Virus record (IMG/VR): IMGVR_UViG_3300045988_177198 | Strand: one strand, 5' to 3' | DNA length: 64,000 nucleotides | DNA from: a virus | Shown: positions 1-9,248 of the stretch, piece after piece | Numbering within the stretch: the stretch's first letter is position 1 | Layout: every line of letters starts with the position of its first letter | The notes under the pieces: generated by a model | The model's input: only the letters and a program-made list of their open reading frames with translations | Told to the model about the DNA's origin: nothing | Databases searched by the model: none | Made by a program: the position numbers and the translations under genes

Positions 1-273
1 AGCGTGCTGAGCATTCCAATCCTCCTTTGCCGTCCGTCATACTTTCAATAACTGCTATAATTATAGCATACTAGTGAAAAAAGAAAGGCGATTCCTCCCC
101 ACCCACAAGAGGTGGGGTATCCTCGCCAAAAAATCATGAAGTCTTTCACGATACTTCAACTTTCTTTTTTAGGTACTTTTATTTCCAGAATATCCGTCGG
201 AACTTGCCACCGGTTTTCAATTCGGGAAACAAAAAAAAGGGGACGGCATCAAGCCGTCCCCGTCAAGGAAAAG

Positions 274-564
274 TCAGATGACCACTACCGTGAGAACCGC
301 TACGATGGTCAGGATGACCACAGCCCATCTCATGTTCGGCCTTTCGCAGAATTCTCCCAACGGAGTATACGTGCCGACCAGTTCCTCGATGGCGGGGATG
401 AGGAACATGAGCAGTAGGATGATGGCTCCAATAGCAATCGCCACAAGCACGTTCTGTTGAGTCAGCCAGCCCAGCATGTCAAGCCGCCTTGTCGAGCTTG
501 GACAGGAGTTCCGTTCCCGCAGGAAGCAGGGTGAGGGTTCCGGAGGCGATGTCAAGTCGGACAA
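274..564 (-). CDS. hypothetical small membrane protein
   Basis: 96-aa ORF with two hydrophobic segments; overlaps 479..922 by 86 nt so one start is probably wrong. Confidence 0.3.
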   Translation of the reverse strand: MSDLTSPPEPSPCFLRERNSCPSSTRRLDMLGWLTQQNVLVAIAIGAIILLLMFLIPAIEELVGTYTPLGEFCERPNMRWAVVILTIVAVLTVVVI

Positions 565-922
565 GCCGGTCAGTCAACAGTTCGACGGCGGCGTTTTCGA
601 AACCGGTCTTGTATGCGTTGGCTGTTCCTTGTCCGGCTTGGCGGAGCAGGTCTTCGCTATTGTGCTCGTACAGGTGGATTGGACGGTCTCCTTCTCCTTG
701 GGAGAGCAGGGTCACTAGGCGTGTTCCATCCTTGGTGAGGGTCGGATTGGATTGTTTGTTACAGAGGATGAGTCCGGCATCCAGCAGTCGTCTGCCGATG
801 TTGCTTTTGAGGATGTTGGCTGTCAGCCTTCCTTTTTCGATGTTGTAGAGGATTCTGGTCTCACCTTCGCTGATACCGGCCATGAGAACACGGAAACGTT
901 GGGTGGAAGATTGTTCGTCCAA
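479..922 (-). CDS. hypothetical protein
   Basis: 147-aa ORF, no recognisable motifs. Confidence 0.4.
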   Translation of the reverse strand: MDEQSSTQRFRVLMAGISEGETRILYNIEKGRLTANILKSNIGRRLLDAGLILCNKQSNPTLTKDGTRLVTLLSQGEGDRPIHLYEHNSEDLLRQAGQGTANAYKTGFENAAVELLTDRLVRLDIASGTLTLLPAGTELLSKLDKAA

Positions 923-959
923 TGCTGCTCCTTTCAGAGGTTTTGGGTTTTTTCTAAGC

Positions 960-1277
960 TCAGAGGATGTTGACGGGAGTGTCGTTCAGACAGTCCCAGT
1001 ATTCGAGTCGCGCCACCGGCGAGAGTTCTTTGAATGTTCTGACCACGCCGTCATGCATGGTTTTCGCTTGCCAGTATTCCTCGCTGGACGATTCGGGATT
1101 GTCCATCATTTTGGTGGAGTATTTTTTCATTTCCAACAGGTCGAGTCTGCGTATGAGTGCTACGCCGTTCTCTTCCAGTCCGATGTTTTTTGCCACCCAG
1201 TCCCGGAGCATCCAGCAGTTGTCGGAGAACATGTGGATTCGTCCACTACGAACGTCCCGTAGCATCTGATAGTTCAC
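960..1277 (-). CDS. hypothetical protein
   Basis: 105-aa ORF co-directional with neighbours. Confidence 0.4.
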   Translation of the reverse strand: MNYQMLRDVRSGRIHMFSDNCWMLRDWVAKNIGLEENGVALIRRLDLLEMKKYSTKMMDNPESSSEEYWQAKTMHDGVVRTFKELSPVARLEYWDCLNDTPVNIL

Positions 1278-2074
1278 AGTACACCGCCGTCCTCATAGCC
1301 GACGGTGTACTTTCCTGCGGTACCATGCAGTCCGCAGTTAATCTGCAATCCGTCCAAGATGACCATGCGGTGTGGGGAGAGTTGCACGTCCTCGCGTAGG
1401 TTTTCCAAACGCATGCCTGACGTCAGTTTTATTAACGTTTGACGGTAGGCTCCGTCCAGTTGGCTCCAATATTTGAGATGTGAGTCTTTCAACTGTCGGA
1501 ATAGAAGGAGCGCATGAACGTATTGGCCTGTCCAATCCACGTCATGCATGAGCCGTTCCAACCGGTTCAGTTGGACGGTCACGTCTTCCGGATTGTTCGC
1601 TTGGAACAGTGTCCCGTACTCATCCAATGCCTCACGTAGTTCCTGCTGTCGCATATCCCGGATTGGGGTTCCTCCGAATTGCGGACTGTTGGCGAGCCAT
1701 ACTGCCAAATCCCATGTTTCAGCCGCGTTCGCGTCGATGTTCGGATACGCGCAGTCACGGACTGTAGTCCAGCTGGCGCTTACCTTGACGAGTCCCCGGA
1801 TTCCCGCCACGAAATTCAGGATGGACAGGAACAGGAAGATGATTTTCCATCCTCCCGTCAGGGAGTTCGAATATGCGAGGAGACATACCGCCACCAGTAG
1901 TCCGAGCGCGTACACCACGGCTTGCGGCAGGACTCCCCTACGGAAGATGGTCTGCAAGACCGCTTCCCGGTCTCCGTTGGAACGTAAAGGGGTTTTGTTC
2001 ACGGTGTAGTCTTGATTATCCAAAAGTTCAGGCTTTCGACGCTTTGATGTATTTCTTTTTCTTGAATCGTTCAT
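1274..2074 (-). CDS. hypothetical membrane protein
   Basis: ORF 1274..2113; internal Met (MNDSRKR) at 2074 used as start; basic N-terminus followed by TM helices. Confidence 0.45.
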   Translation of the reverse strand: MNDSRKRNTSKRRKPELLDNQDYTVNKTPLRSNGDREAVLQTIFRRGVLPQAVVYALGLLVAVCLLAYSNSLTGGWKIIFLFLSILNFVAGIRGLVKVSASWTTVRDCAYPNIDANAAETWDLAVWLANSPQFGGTPIRDMRQQELREALDEYGTLFQANNPEDVTVQLNRLERLMHDVDWTGQYVHALLLFRQLKDSHLKYWSQLDGAYRQTLIKLTSGMRLENLREDVQLSPHRMVILDGLQINCGLHGTAGKYTVGYEDGGVL

Positions 2075-2417
2075 CGACCCGGATGACCCAGCCGGTGTCG
2101 CTGGTTCCGGCAATCTGGTAGCGGACTCTTCGTTGGATTTTCAGTGGCCGCAGATATTTGTTGAGTCGGAGTTGCCCGACGGTGGGCGGGTCTCCTAGGA
2201 TGTGGGGGATTCTTTGTATTCCGTCGTTTGTGTTGAAGTAAATCAGGATTGGTGTCTCGTCCTTGCAGGAGTCAAGAAACCCTCCTACGGTGTCAAGGTC
2301 TTTGCGTGGACGGGAACGTTCTTGGGTTTGACTGTCCGTGATGTCCGTTTCGGTGTTCAAAAAGGAACCTTCCTTGTTTGTGACTGGTTCCACTATAACG
2401 TAGTTTTTCGCAAACAA
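2028..2417 (-). CDS. hypothetical protein
   Basis: 129-aa ORF; 3' end overlaps next gene. Confidence 0.35.
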   Translation of the reverse strand: MFAKNYVIVEPVTNKEGSFLNTETDITDSQTQERSRPRKDLDTVGGFLDSCKDETPILIYFNTNDGIQRIPHILGDPPTVGQLRLNKYLRPLKIQRRVRYQIAGTSDTGWVIRVDERFKKKKYIKASKA

Positions 2418-2442
2418 GGAAGGTTGCAGGAAAAATTCTTTC

Positions 2443-2814
2443 TCAGGCGAGCTTCGAATCGTAATCGTCGATGGGCTGGGTGAGCGTCTTGCCTTCCCTG
2501 ACCATTTTTTCTATGTCCTCGTAGTCGTCGCAAGCCGCCCACAGTCCGAGGTCGGGGTTGAGATGATACATGGTTCCAGATTTCACACCTTCGTCAACAT
2601 AGAGTCCGTGACTGCAAGTGTTGTTGATGTTGGTGGGCTGTGGGTCTTGCTCGTAGTCATCGATGTTCCACGGGTCGCCTTCGGGCAACAGCACGTAGTC
2701 TCCGATGCCGTCGTGAATATCCCGTAGACGCTGTTCCTGTTCGTCTTGGAGGTCTTGTTCCCTGTCGAGCATGAGGTTGATTTGGTGTTCGATGCTGTTG
2801 AAGTAGTTGCTCAT
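2443..2814 (-). CDS. hypothetical acidic protein
   Basis: 123-aa ORF; RBS-like GGAG upstream. Confidence 0.45.
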   Translation of the reverse strand: MSNYFNSIEHQINLMLDREQDLQDEQEQRLRDIHDGIGDYVLLPEGDPWNIDDYEQDPQPTNINNTCSHGLYVDEGVKSGTMYHLNPDLGLWAACDDYEDIEKMVREGKTLTQPIDDYDSKLA

Positions 2815-3120
2815 GTTTTTCTCCTTGGCTGGCTTTTTCTATTATTGTGTGAACACTTCTAGTATAACATCATTTTCTTCTCGAATCGCCACAATGCCGA
2901 TTAGGAAAGGAAATGGTTCCGCCACCCAAAAAAAGAATCCACACACGGGTGGCGGAACCCGAAACACACTCCCCGAGAGGAGCTTTCCACAGAGACCGGG
3001 GAAGAAACCAGATGGTGGAAGATATACCACGAAAACCCGGTCTCAACTGTTACAGTAAACGACTTCGAACATTCATCTGGTGAAAAACCGGAAAAACAGG
3101 AAAAGTTTTTCTAACCAAAA

Positions 3121-4146
3121 TCAGTTGCCGTCGGCCACGCATTGCGTGAGGAACGACTTCGTTTCGGCCTTCTCCCAACTGCTCATGGACAGTTTGTACT
3201 TGTCTTTGATGTACACGCGTTTAGCCATATACGAGCATTGGTACGTCTTGTTGGACGGGAGCCAAATGCTGGGCGTTGCGTCCTTCCACTTGGTCGAGGA
3301 ACCGTTCAACGCCTCGTCCTTAACAAGGTTCACGCCCTGCTGTTTGATGTTGTTCGCTTCTCCTTCGGACGCGACGAGCACTTCCGGGTCGTTCGCATAG
3401 GTGATGCGGTCGCCCTTGCGCGAGTCCTTCCACAGTCCGCTGGCCCAAGCGTCGTTGACCGCCACCACATGGTCGATTTGGACGGCCATACTGTCTCCGC
3501 CTGTTTTCTTCTGTTTGCCGTTGACGGTCTCGTAGGTGTCGCGCTGGAATTTGATGACATTGCCTGTATATGGGTCTTGGAGGGTGCCGGTGAGCACCTT
3601 GCAATTCTTGTCCATGGTCACGTCGGTCATATCGCGTTTGAGGATGTAGTCGCGGGTGGTGCCGTAACCGCAGAGCTGGTTGCTGTTCTGCCATGTGCCG
3701 AAGTCGGTTTTGCGGTTGTATCCTTTGGTGTGCGGGGTTGCGGTTTCGATGTCAGCGAGTTTGTCAAGCGCCTGTTTCGTGGTGATGGGGCTTAAAGCAC
3801 CTTCAGGAACGCTTGTAGAGGCTTTTTGTGTTTGACTTGAGGAATTGTCCCCGTTTTGTGTCTGCGTCGTTTCTGAGGGCGTTTCTGTGGCTTCTGGAGT
3901 ATTGGTTTGCGAATTGGAGCCGGACGACTTCAAGGAAGGCTCCTTCAACCCCAATTTCACATCCGGCTTTACCTTGGAATCCTCACCCGGCATCAACTGG
4001 GATAGACTGTTGATTTCCGGCAATCCGAAAATCTTCGACATGGGAGTCCACAATCCCAGATTCACGATGAGCACCATGGCCGTCAACACGACCAGAATGC
4101 TGCCAATCAACGAACCGGCGGACATGCCGCCTTTCTTCTTAGCCAT
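3121..4146 (-). CDS. membrane-anchored/secreted nuclease-like protein (DUF1524/HNH-like C-terminal domain)
   Basis: N-terminal TM/signal (SLIGSILVVLTAMVLIV), S/T-rich linker, C-terminal 'QIDHVVAVNDAWASG' motif resembling the DUF1524/GmrSD-C His-Me finger nuclease family. Confidence 0.55.
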   Translation of the reverse strand: MAKKKGGMSAGSLIGSILVVLTAMVLIVNLGLWTPMSKIFGLPEINSLSQLMPGEDSKVKPDVKLGLKEPSLKSSGSNSQTNTPEATETPSETTQTQNGDNSSSQTQKASTSVPEGALSPITTKQALDKLADIETATPHTKGYNRKTDFGTWQNSNQLCGYGTTRDYILKRDMTDVTMDKNCKVLTGTLQDPYTGNVIKFQRDTYETVNGKQKKTGGDSMAVQIDHVVAVNDAWASGLWKDSRKGDRITYANDPEVLVASEGEANNIKQQGVNLVKDEALNGSSTKWKDATPSIWLPSNKTYQCSYMAKRVYIKDKYKLSMSSWEKAETKSFLTQCVADGN

Positions 4147-4321
4147 AGGAAACCTCCAAAAAAACTCATCACAGGTTCAGGATGATGCTGATGACGAGAC
4201 ACACGATGAACGCGATGGCGATAATCGCACCGGTCAACGGGCCATTGCTGTTGATGAACTCAGCGAACTTGTCACCCTCACTGGGCTTGTTATGTCCTGT
4301 CAATTTAGTTTTCCTTTCGGA

Positions 4322-5602
4322 TTAGTCGTTCGGCCCCTCATTGGGGTCGCCGGTTACGGAACCGTCATCGGAATTCTGGGATGAACTACTGCTGTTGTTG
4401 TCGGACGAATCCGAATCGGAGGAGTCGGAATCGTCATTGTCGGAACCGTCATCACCGGAACCGCTATCGGAATCCGATGAACTGGAATCGGAAGAATCAT
4501 CATCGTCATCACTGCTGGAGGAGCCAATCAGCGAACGGTCGATGGCATTGCTGAACGCCTTCAACGTGGTCAGACTGCCTTCGGCACCCCAGTCAACGAT
4601 TTTCGCGCTACCACGGGTCGGATTATGGATGAGGACGGTGACGCTCGTTTCCACGTCGCTCGTTGAACCAGTGTCCGCGTTCGGGTCGTTGGCCGTACTC
4701 GCATCAACCTTCTTCTCGTAGGGTTTGAACGAGATGCTGACGCTTGCCGCCGCCCATTCGGGATTGTCGGACTTGTTCTGCTTGTCAACGGTCTTGCCGT
4801 CCTTGGTGCATTGCACAAGCCAGTCGAGGGACGAGTTCAGATACGAACCCAAGCTTGCTGGCTGGTACATGTGGTCGCTGTTCGGGTCTCCGACAAGAAC
4901 CGTCAAAGCGTTGGAGTCTTTGCCGATGTATGCTTTAGACCAAGCGCTGACCACGTTTGTCAGGCTCGTGTTCTGGTCAAGCTGAATGTAATCGTCGGGA
5001 CGGTACGTGTCCGTATTGCTGTTCGAAGTGACGGTCTTTGGAAGCACGGTCGGCGTTCCCACCGCAGTAGCCACTCCGTCGGTGACGGCGACAAGCTGGG
5101 TGATATCCCTCGTGCTTCCATCCGACTTGTCAGTGAGGGACATCTGATGGCTCCAATACTGGGTGGTGGAACCGTTGGAATCGTCCGAAGTGGATGTGCT
5201 GACCTCGGTGGCACCATTCCACCACAAATTCGCATACCCGTATTGGAAAGCGCCCTTGTCATCATCCAGCCAACTGTACACGGCTTGCAACGCGACCTGC
5301 TTGCCGGGCTTGTCGCCGCTGATTTCCTTGTACTTCTCCGTCAGGTAGGAACCCATTTCGTTCAACGTGTTGATTGCGCGGACGGAAATCATCGGAGCGA
5401 CCAGACCGGTGCAGATGAACAGGATGATGAGAACCTTCCACTTCTGGGTGTTCTTCAACGCCTTCTTCCACGCGGTGAGTTCTATCTCGTCCTTGCGTTC
5501 TTTTTCGTCAGCGAACAGGTCGGTCTCATTGTTCGGGTTCTGCTTCGCCTTTTGCTGGCCCATCGGCTGTTTGCCGTTCTTGTCTTTCTTGCTTCCGAAC
5601 AC
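4322..5602 (-). CDS. membrane-anchored protein with C-terminal Ser/Asp-rich low-complexity tail
   Basis: Single N-terminal TM (KVLIILFICTGLVAPMI); ~80-aa C-terminal SSDDDDDSSDSS... tract. Confidence 0.55.
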   Translation of the reverse strand: MFGSKKDKNGKQPMGQQKAKQNPNNETDLFADEKERKDEIELTAWKKALKNTQKWKVLIILFICTGLVAPMISVRAINTLNEMGSYLTEKYKEISGDKPGKQVALQAVYSWLDDDKGAFQYGYANLWWNGATEVSTSTSDDSNGSTTQYWSHQMSLTDKSDGSTRDITQLVAVTDGVATAVGTPTVLPKTVTSNSNTDTYRPDDYIQLDQNTSLTNVVSAWSKAYIGKDSNALTVLVGDPNSDHMYQPASLGSYLNSSLDWLVQCTKDGKTVDKQNKSDNPEWAAASVSISFKPYEKKVDASTANDPNADTGSTSDVETSVTVLIHNPTRGSAKIVDWGAEGSLTTLKAFSNAIDRSLIGSSSSDDDDDSSDSSSSDSDSGSGDDGSDNDDSDSSDSDSSDNNSSSSSQNSDDGSVTGDPNEGPND

Positions 5603-5867
5603 AGTTCCGCTCCGAATTCATTTCCGTTTGTCATGCACTGTCTTCAAGTCTACCTTCCGTCCGAGGTTTCCTATATCGGCTTCGGGGTTTTCGACATGCA
5701 TCCACCGGCCGTGCTGGCTTCTCTGTTTTTCTTTTTCCGGAACTTTTCTTTTTCTCTCTTCCCTCGAAAACATTCAGACCTGTCTAAACGCCAACGTTGT
5801 TGAAACGAAAAACAGCATTGAGGATAATCGTCGCTCAGGGTTCACCCTGTCTGAACGGTCATATTGA

Positions 5868-6060
5868 CATGACTTTTTTTTCTTAAAAGCTTTGAAGATA
5901 CCCTTAAGCAGGTTTAGACCTGTCTGAACGTAGAATCAAAAAAATGGTTTTATTCTAATTTTTTGATTTTTTGCTTCTTTTTGAAAAACTTGTTTTTTGA
6001 AAAAGAAGGGAATACAAGGGATATTAATATCTTTTGTAATCTTTTGTATATCTTTTGCAG
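5868..6060. promoter_or_regulatory. AT-rich tract (candidate DNA-unwinding element of plasmid oriV)
   Basis: ~190 bp of <35% GC (tttttttcttaaaag...ttttgaaaaagaagg) in a ~58% GC replicon, immediately 5' of the iterons and rep. Confidence 0.55.
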
Positions 6061-6103
6061 GTGTCGAAATCCCTTATGGGAGTAGGCGTTTCGGGTCGAA
6101 AGC

Positions 6104-6191
6104 GTGTCGAAAGTGCCCACTTTCCGTGTCGAAAGTGCCCACTTTCCGTGTCGAAAGTGCCCACTTTCCGTGTCGAAAGTGCCCACTTTTT
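6104..6191 (+). repeat. iterons: 4 tandem 22-bp direct repeats GTGTCGAAAGTGCCCACTTTCC
   Basis: Three perfect copies plus one variant copy seen directly; degenerate half-copies at ~6061 and ~6093; located 240 bp upstream of rep. Confidence 0.75.
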
Positions 6192-6429
6192 TGTCTATGT
6201 GTGTCAGAAGTTCCAACTTTTGGTTCCGCTTTCTCACGTTCTGTGGCACTTCCTCATGCCCCGTTCGACCTTTTTCGTAAGCAGTTCGAAGCTACAAAAA
6301 GACGGAGGGTAGAAAAGAATCTATAAGGGGTAGGTAGTGACGTATACTGTTCTGAGAAAAGAAAATCCCCGCACTGTTGGAACCAGCCGGGGAATGGCAA
6401 CCACCTAACACTGAAGGAGTCGTGGTCAC

Positions 6430-7299
6430 ATGACCAATCATAGCAAAGACCTCTACAAGTCGAATACATACAACTACACGCCGTCGGTTATGTCTAAGCT
6501 GAGTTTCCTGCCGCAGTCGAAACCGGAATCTCAGTCCATGAGAAAAATTAACGGAAACTCGTCAATCACAGTCTCGGCCTCCACCGGAGAATGGGCATAC
6601 GGAGCAGCCCCCAGAATGTTCCTCATCCACATCCGTTCTCTCATCAAGAACAGTAGCGACTGTGTGGACGCAGAGAATCATACCGTCTACTTGGACGACA
6701 CCTATCGTTCATTCTGCAAGAGCACTGGAATCCACTATTCAGGGTCCAGCAAGGAGACGGTGATGAACATGGTCAGGAATCTAGCGACAACCTCCATCGT
6801 CCTTGAAAACTGGTCCACTGGCGGATTCACAGCCCACTCTTTCTTCGTTGCCAACATAGTGTCACTCAACTACGACGATGACGGGGCGAAGAAGTCTTAC
6901 ATAAAGTTCTCCCCCGAGATGTGGGCACTGCTGACCGAGAACTGCGTTCCTCTCAACCCATCCATCGTTCGCCAGCTTCGCAACGATGCCCTCGCGTTGG
7001 ACGTATACCAGTGGCTCGCGTTCCGTGCCCATGCCATGCGCCATGAGACGCGCGTGACATGGGAAGCCTTGTTGATGCAGTTCAAGTACGACGGGTATCC
7101 GATGCGTGAATTCAGACGCAAGTTCAGAAGAGCGTTGGAGAAGATTCAGCTCGCATGGCCGGAATTGAAAGCCGAAATCACGGAAACCGGTGTCATAGTC
7201 CGTCCCAGTCTTCCTTCCATCCAGTCGGCTAACGATGATGCCGACACGGACGCGGGCGTGGCGGATGATGAAGAGCCGATGAACCCGTTCGTATCCTGA
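6430..7299 (+). CDS. plasmid replication initiator protein (iteron-type Rep)
   Basis: 289-aa ORF directly downstream of iterons plus AT-rich region; acidic C-terminus; organisation typical of theta/iteron Rep. Confidence 0.6.
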   Translation: MTNHSKDLYKSNTYNYTPSVMSKLSFLPQSKPESQSMRKINGNSSITVSASTGEWAYGAAPRMFLIHIRSLIKNSSDCVDAENHTVYLDDTYRSFCKSTGIHYSGSSKETVMNMVRNLATTSIVLENWSTGGFTAHSFFVANIVSLNYDDDGAKKSYIKFSPEMWALLTENCVPLNPSIVRQLRNDALALDVYQWLAFRAHAMRHETRVTWEALLMQFKYDGYPMREFRRKFRRALEKIQLAWPELKAEITETGVIVRPSLPSIQSANDDADTDAGVADDEEPMNPFVS

Positions 7300-7407
7300 C
7301 TGTGTTTTAGAGAAACCAATGGGGCGTCCGCTCTGTTGTGAGTGTCGCCCCATCTGGAAAACTCCGGTGAAGTCTTTTTGTTCATCCGAATATTAATATA
7401 CCGGAGC

Positions 7408-7863
7408 CTAATCCTTCTGCTCATATTTGTCGATGAGCGTCTGGTCGAAGTGCCCCTGCTGGAAGCAGTAGTCCATCGCGGCATTCAACAATACAGCCTG
7501 TTTCGTCCCGTATTCGATGCTTTTCAATTTCCATGCCCGCCAGTTCTCGACGGTGACGTTGCTTCCGATTCTTTTCTCTTTCGGCGGCTGATGCGTTTCG
7601 GATGGTGCCGGTGTTTCAGGATGGGTTATGTCGGTGATGAGCCGTGCCCGACGGTCGGCTTCTTCCTCCGTGAGCGTTTGGGCATGCATGTCGGCGGACG
7701 TTTGGACTGACTGGTCTGACGGTTCCCGCGTTTCAGGAACGGCCTGTGTCGGTTCCTGCTCCGTGTTCGGTTCGCTAATGTTTTCCGGTGATTCCAATGG
7801 GCGCATGTCACGCTTGTCCTGCATTCCTGTTGCGAAAGCGTTGCGTTTGATGTTCTTGACCAT
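7408..7863 (-). CDS. hypothetical protein; possible small ParB-like partition partner
   Basis: 151-aa ORF immediately downstream of parA in the same operon; no motif support. Confidence 0.35.
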   Translation of the reverse strand: MVKNIKRNAFATGMQDKRDMRPLESPENISEPNTEQEPTQAVPETREPSDQSVQTSADMHAQTLTEEEADRRARLITDITHPETPAPSETHQPPKEKRIGSNVTVENWRAWKLKSIEYGTKQAVLLNAAMDYCFQQGHFDQTLIDKYEQKD

Positions 7864-7893
7864 GATTGCCTACTTACTCCCCTGCTCCTGTTT

Positions 7894-8556
7894 TTATTCT
7901 TCCACCAGATTGATTTCAGACAGATAGTCGATGAGTTCCTGCACGACGCTGGAATATTCCTTGTTGTCGATTTCGGTTGTGCCGTACATGTTCTTGACGG
8001 CTTCACGTTCCGTGATGACGGTTTCGAACCGTGCGATGCCTTCCTCATCCAGTTCGCTGATGCTGTTCCGGGCGAGTTTCGTTCTCGGCTTCACGCGTGT
8101 CAACAGGACGATGCCGTTGCGTGCCGCCGCGTATGTGCGTCCCGCGTGGGTCAAATCGGATACGGATGGCTGGCATGGGATTATCACCACGTCGCCCGCG
8201 TTTATCGCCGCCTGCACCACTCCCGCGTCGGACGGTGGGGTGTCGATGATGACCCAGCCTGAATATTTTTCGCGGATGAGTTCCGGATTGTTCAATACGG
8301 CTTCGTTGGTTTGCACGACGGGGAAGCCGAGCGTGTATGGTTCCGCGTCCGGATTGTCCTGTCTGCGTCTGCGGTTTTCCTGTTCGACGTACATTTCCCA
8401 CATGGTCGCGCCGCCCGTGTTGTCGGAGTCCAAGACTGTGACTTGTTCCCCGCGTTTGTGCAATAGTTCGGCCAATGCCATTGATGTGGTTGTTTTTCCT
8501 GAACCGCCTTTGATGATTGCGACGGTGATGATGACCGTATGGTTTTTGACTCTCAT
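7894..8556 (-). CDS. parA: ParA/Soj-family partition ATPase
   Basis: Deviant Walker A 'IIKGGSGKTT', Walker A' and B motifs; start moved to internal Met (MRVKNH) at 8556 with AAAGGA RBS; track ORF extends to 8790. Confidence 0.8.
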   Translation of the reverse strand: MRVKNHTVIITVAIIKGGSGKTTTSMALAELLHKRGEQVTVLDSDNTGGATMWEMYVEQENRRRRQDNPDAEPYTLGFPVVQTNEAVLNNPELIREKYSGWVIIDTPPSDAGVVQAAINAGDVVIIPCQPSVSDLTHAGRTYAAARNGIVLLTRVKPRTKLARNSISELDEEGIARFETVITEREAVKNMYGTTEIDNKEYSSVVQELIDYLSEINLVEE

Positions 8557-8651
8557 GTTCTGGTTTCCTTTTTCTGCTTCCGGTGTGGACGGAATCATGG
8601 TGGGGGTATGTCTTTTTGTTTCGATGATAACAACGGCGAAAAGTCGGCACG

Positions 8652-8801
8652 CCGAACCAGAAAACCGTTCGGAGAAACATTCCAGTAAAACAGTTGAACG
8701 GCGTACAAGTTTACAGGCGGAACAGAAAAACAGAAAGCCGCGTCCGCGATGAAACGGATACGGCCTTCTTTCGTTTTTACCGCCGAACAAAAATCATTCG
8801 G
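8652..8801. promoter_or_regulatory. two CCGAAC-N7/9-(G/A)TTCGG palindromes upstream of parA (candidate par operator/centromere)
   Basis: ccgaaccagaaaaccgttcgg (~8652-8672) and ccgaacaaaaatcattcgg (~8783-8801) in the 237-bp parA upstream region. Confidence 0.3.
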
Positions 8802-9147
8802 TAGCGGTGAACACCAGTTTGCGAAGGAACTCCATGAACAGTGAACCGATATCAGGCATCTGGGCCGCGATATCCTTCATCCATTCACGCACGGGCAAAC
8901 CCATGACCTCCAAGACACCGGTGATAATCCACACGAACAACAGGAACGCGCAGATGGTCAACGCGGTCATCAACGCGCGGGTGCTTTTCTGCAAGATTGC
9001 GAACACGACACTACCGGCGCAAATAATAATCATCAACAAAGTGAGGATTGCGCCCGTCGGTGTGAACACCCAAGAGAAGAACACAGTGAGCACGTCACCC
9101 AACGTTCGTCCCGCAGTGTCAGCGGCTTGGTTTCCTACCTCTTCCAT
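8794..9147 (-). CDS. small polytopic membrane protein (T4SS accessory?)
   Basis: 117 aa, 3 predicted TM helices; last gene of transfer operon. Confidence 0.4.
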   Translation of the reverse strand: MEEVGNQAADTAGRTLGDVLTVFFSWVFTPTGAILTLLMIIICAGSVVFAILQKSTRALMTALTICAFLLFVWIITGVLEVMGLPVREWMKDIAAQMPDIGSLFMEFLRKLVFTATE

Positions 9148-9248
9148 TTTCTAATCTCCTTGACGTTGGAAGGTTTACGAAAGGGAAACCGGCGTCGAAT
9201 GCTGTGGAAGATGCTCAAAACATTCGACGCCGGATGGTCAAACCGACG

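Noticed and set aside
3142-3795. 217-aa plus-strand ORF antisense to the nuclease-like gene
   Set aside because: Arg/Val/Gly-rich antisense artefact typical of high-GC DNA; the minus-strand gene has domain support
4811-5803. 330-aa plus-strand ORF antisense to 4322..5602
   Set aside because: Antisense shadow ORF; no RBS; low-complexity Arg/Val-rich product
6104-6191. Possible CRISPR array
   Set aside because: Repeats are directly adjacent with no spacers and sit next to an AT-rich tract and rep; these are iterons, not CRISPR
7931-8752. 273-aa plus-strand and 211-aa minus-strand (8045..8680) ORFs overlapping parA
   Set aside because: Shadow ORFs across a gene with unambiguous ParA motifs
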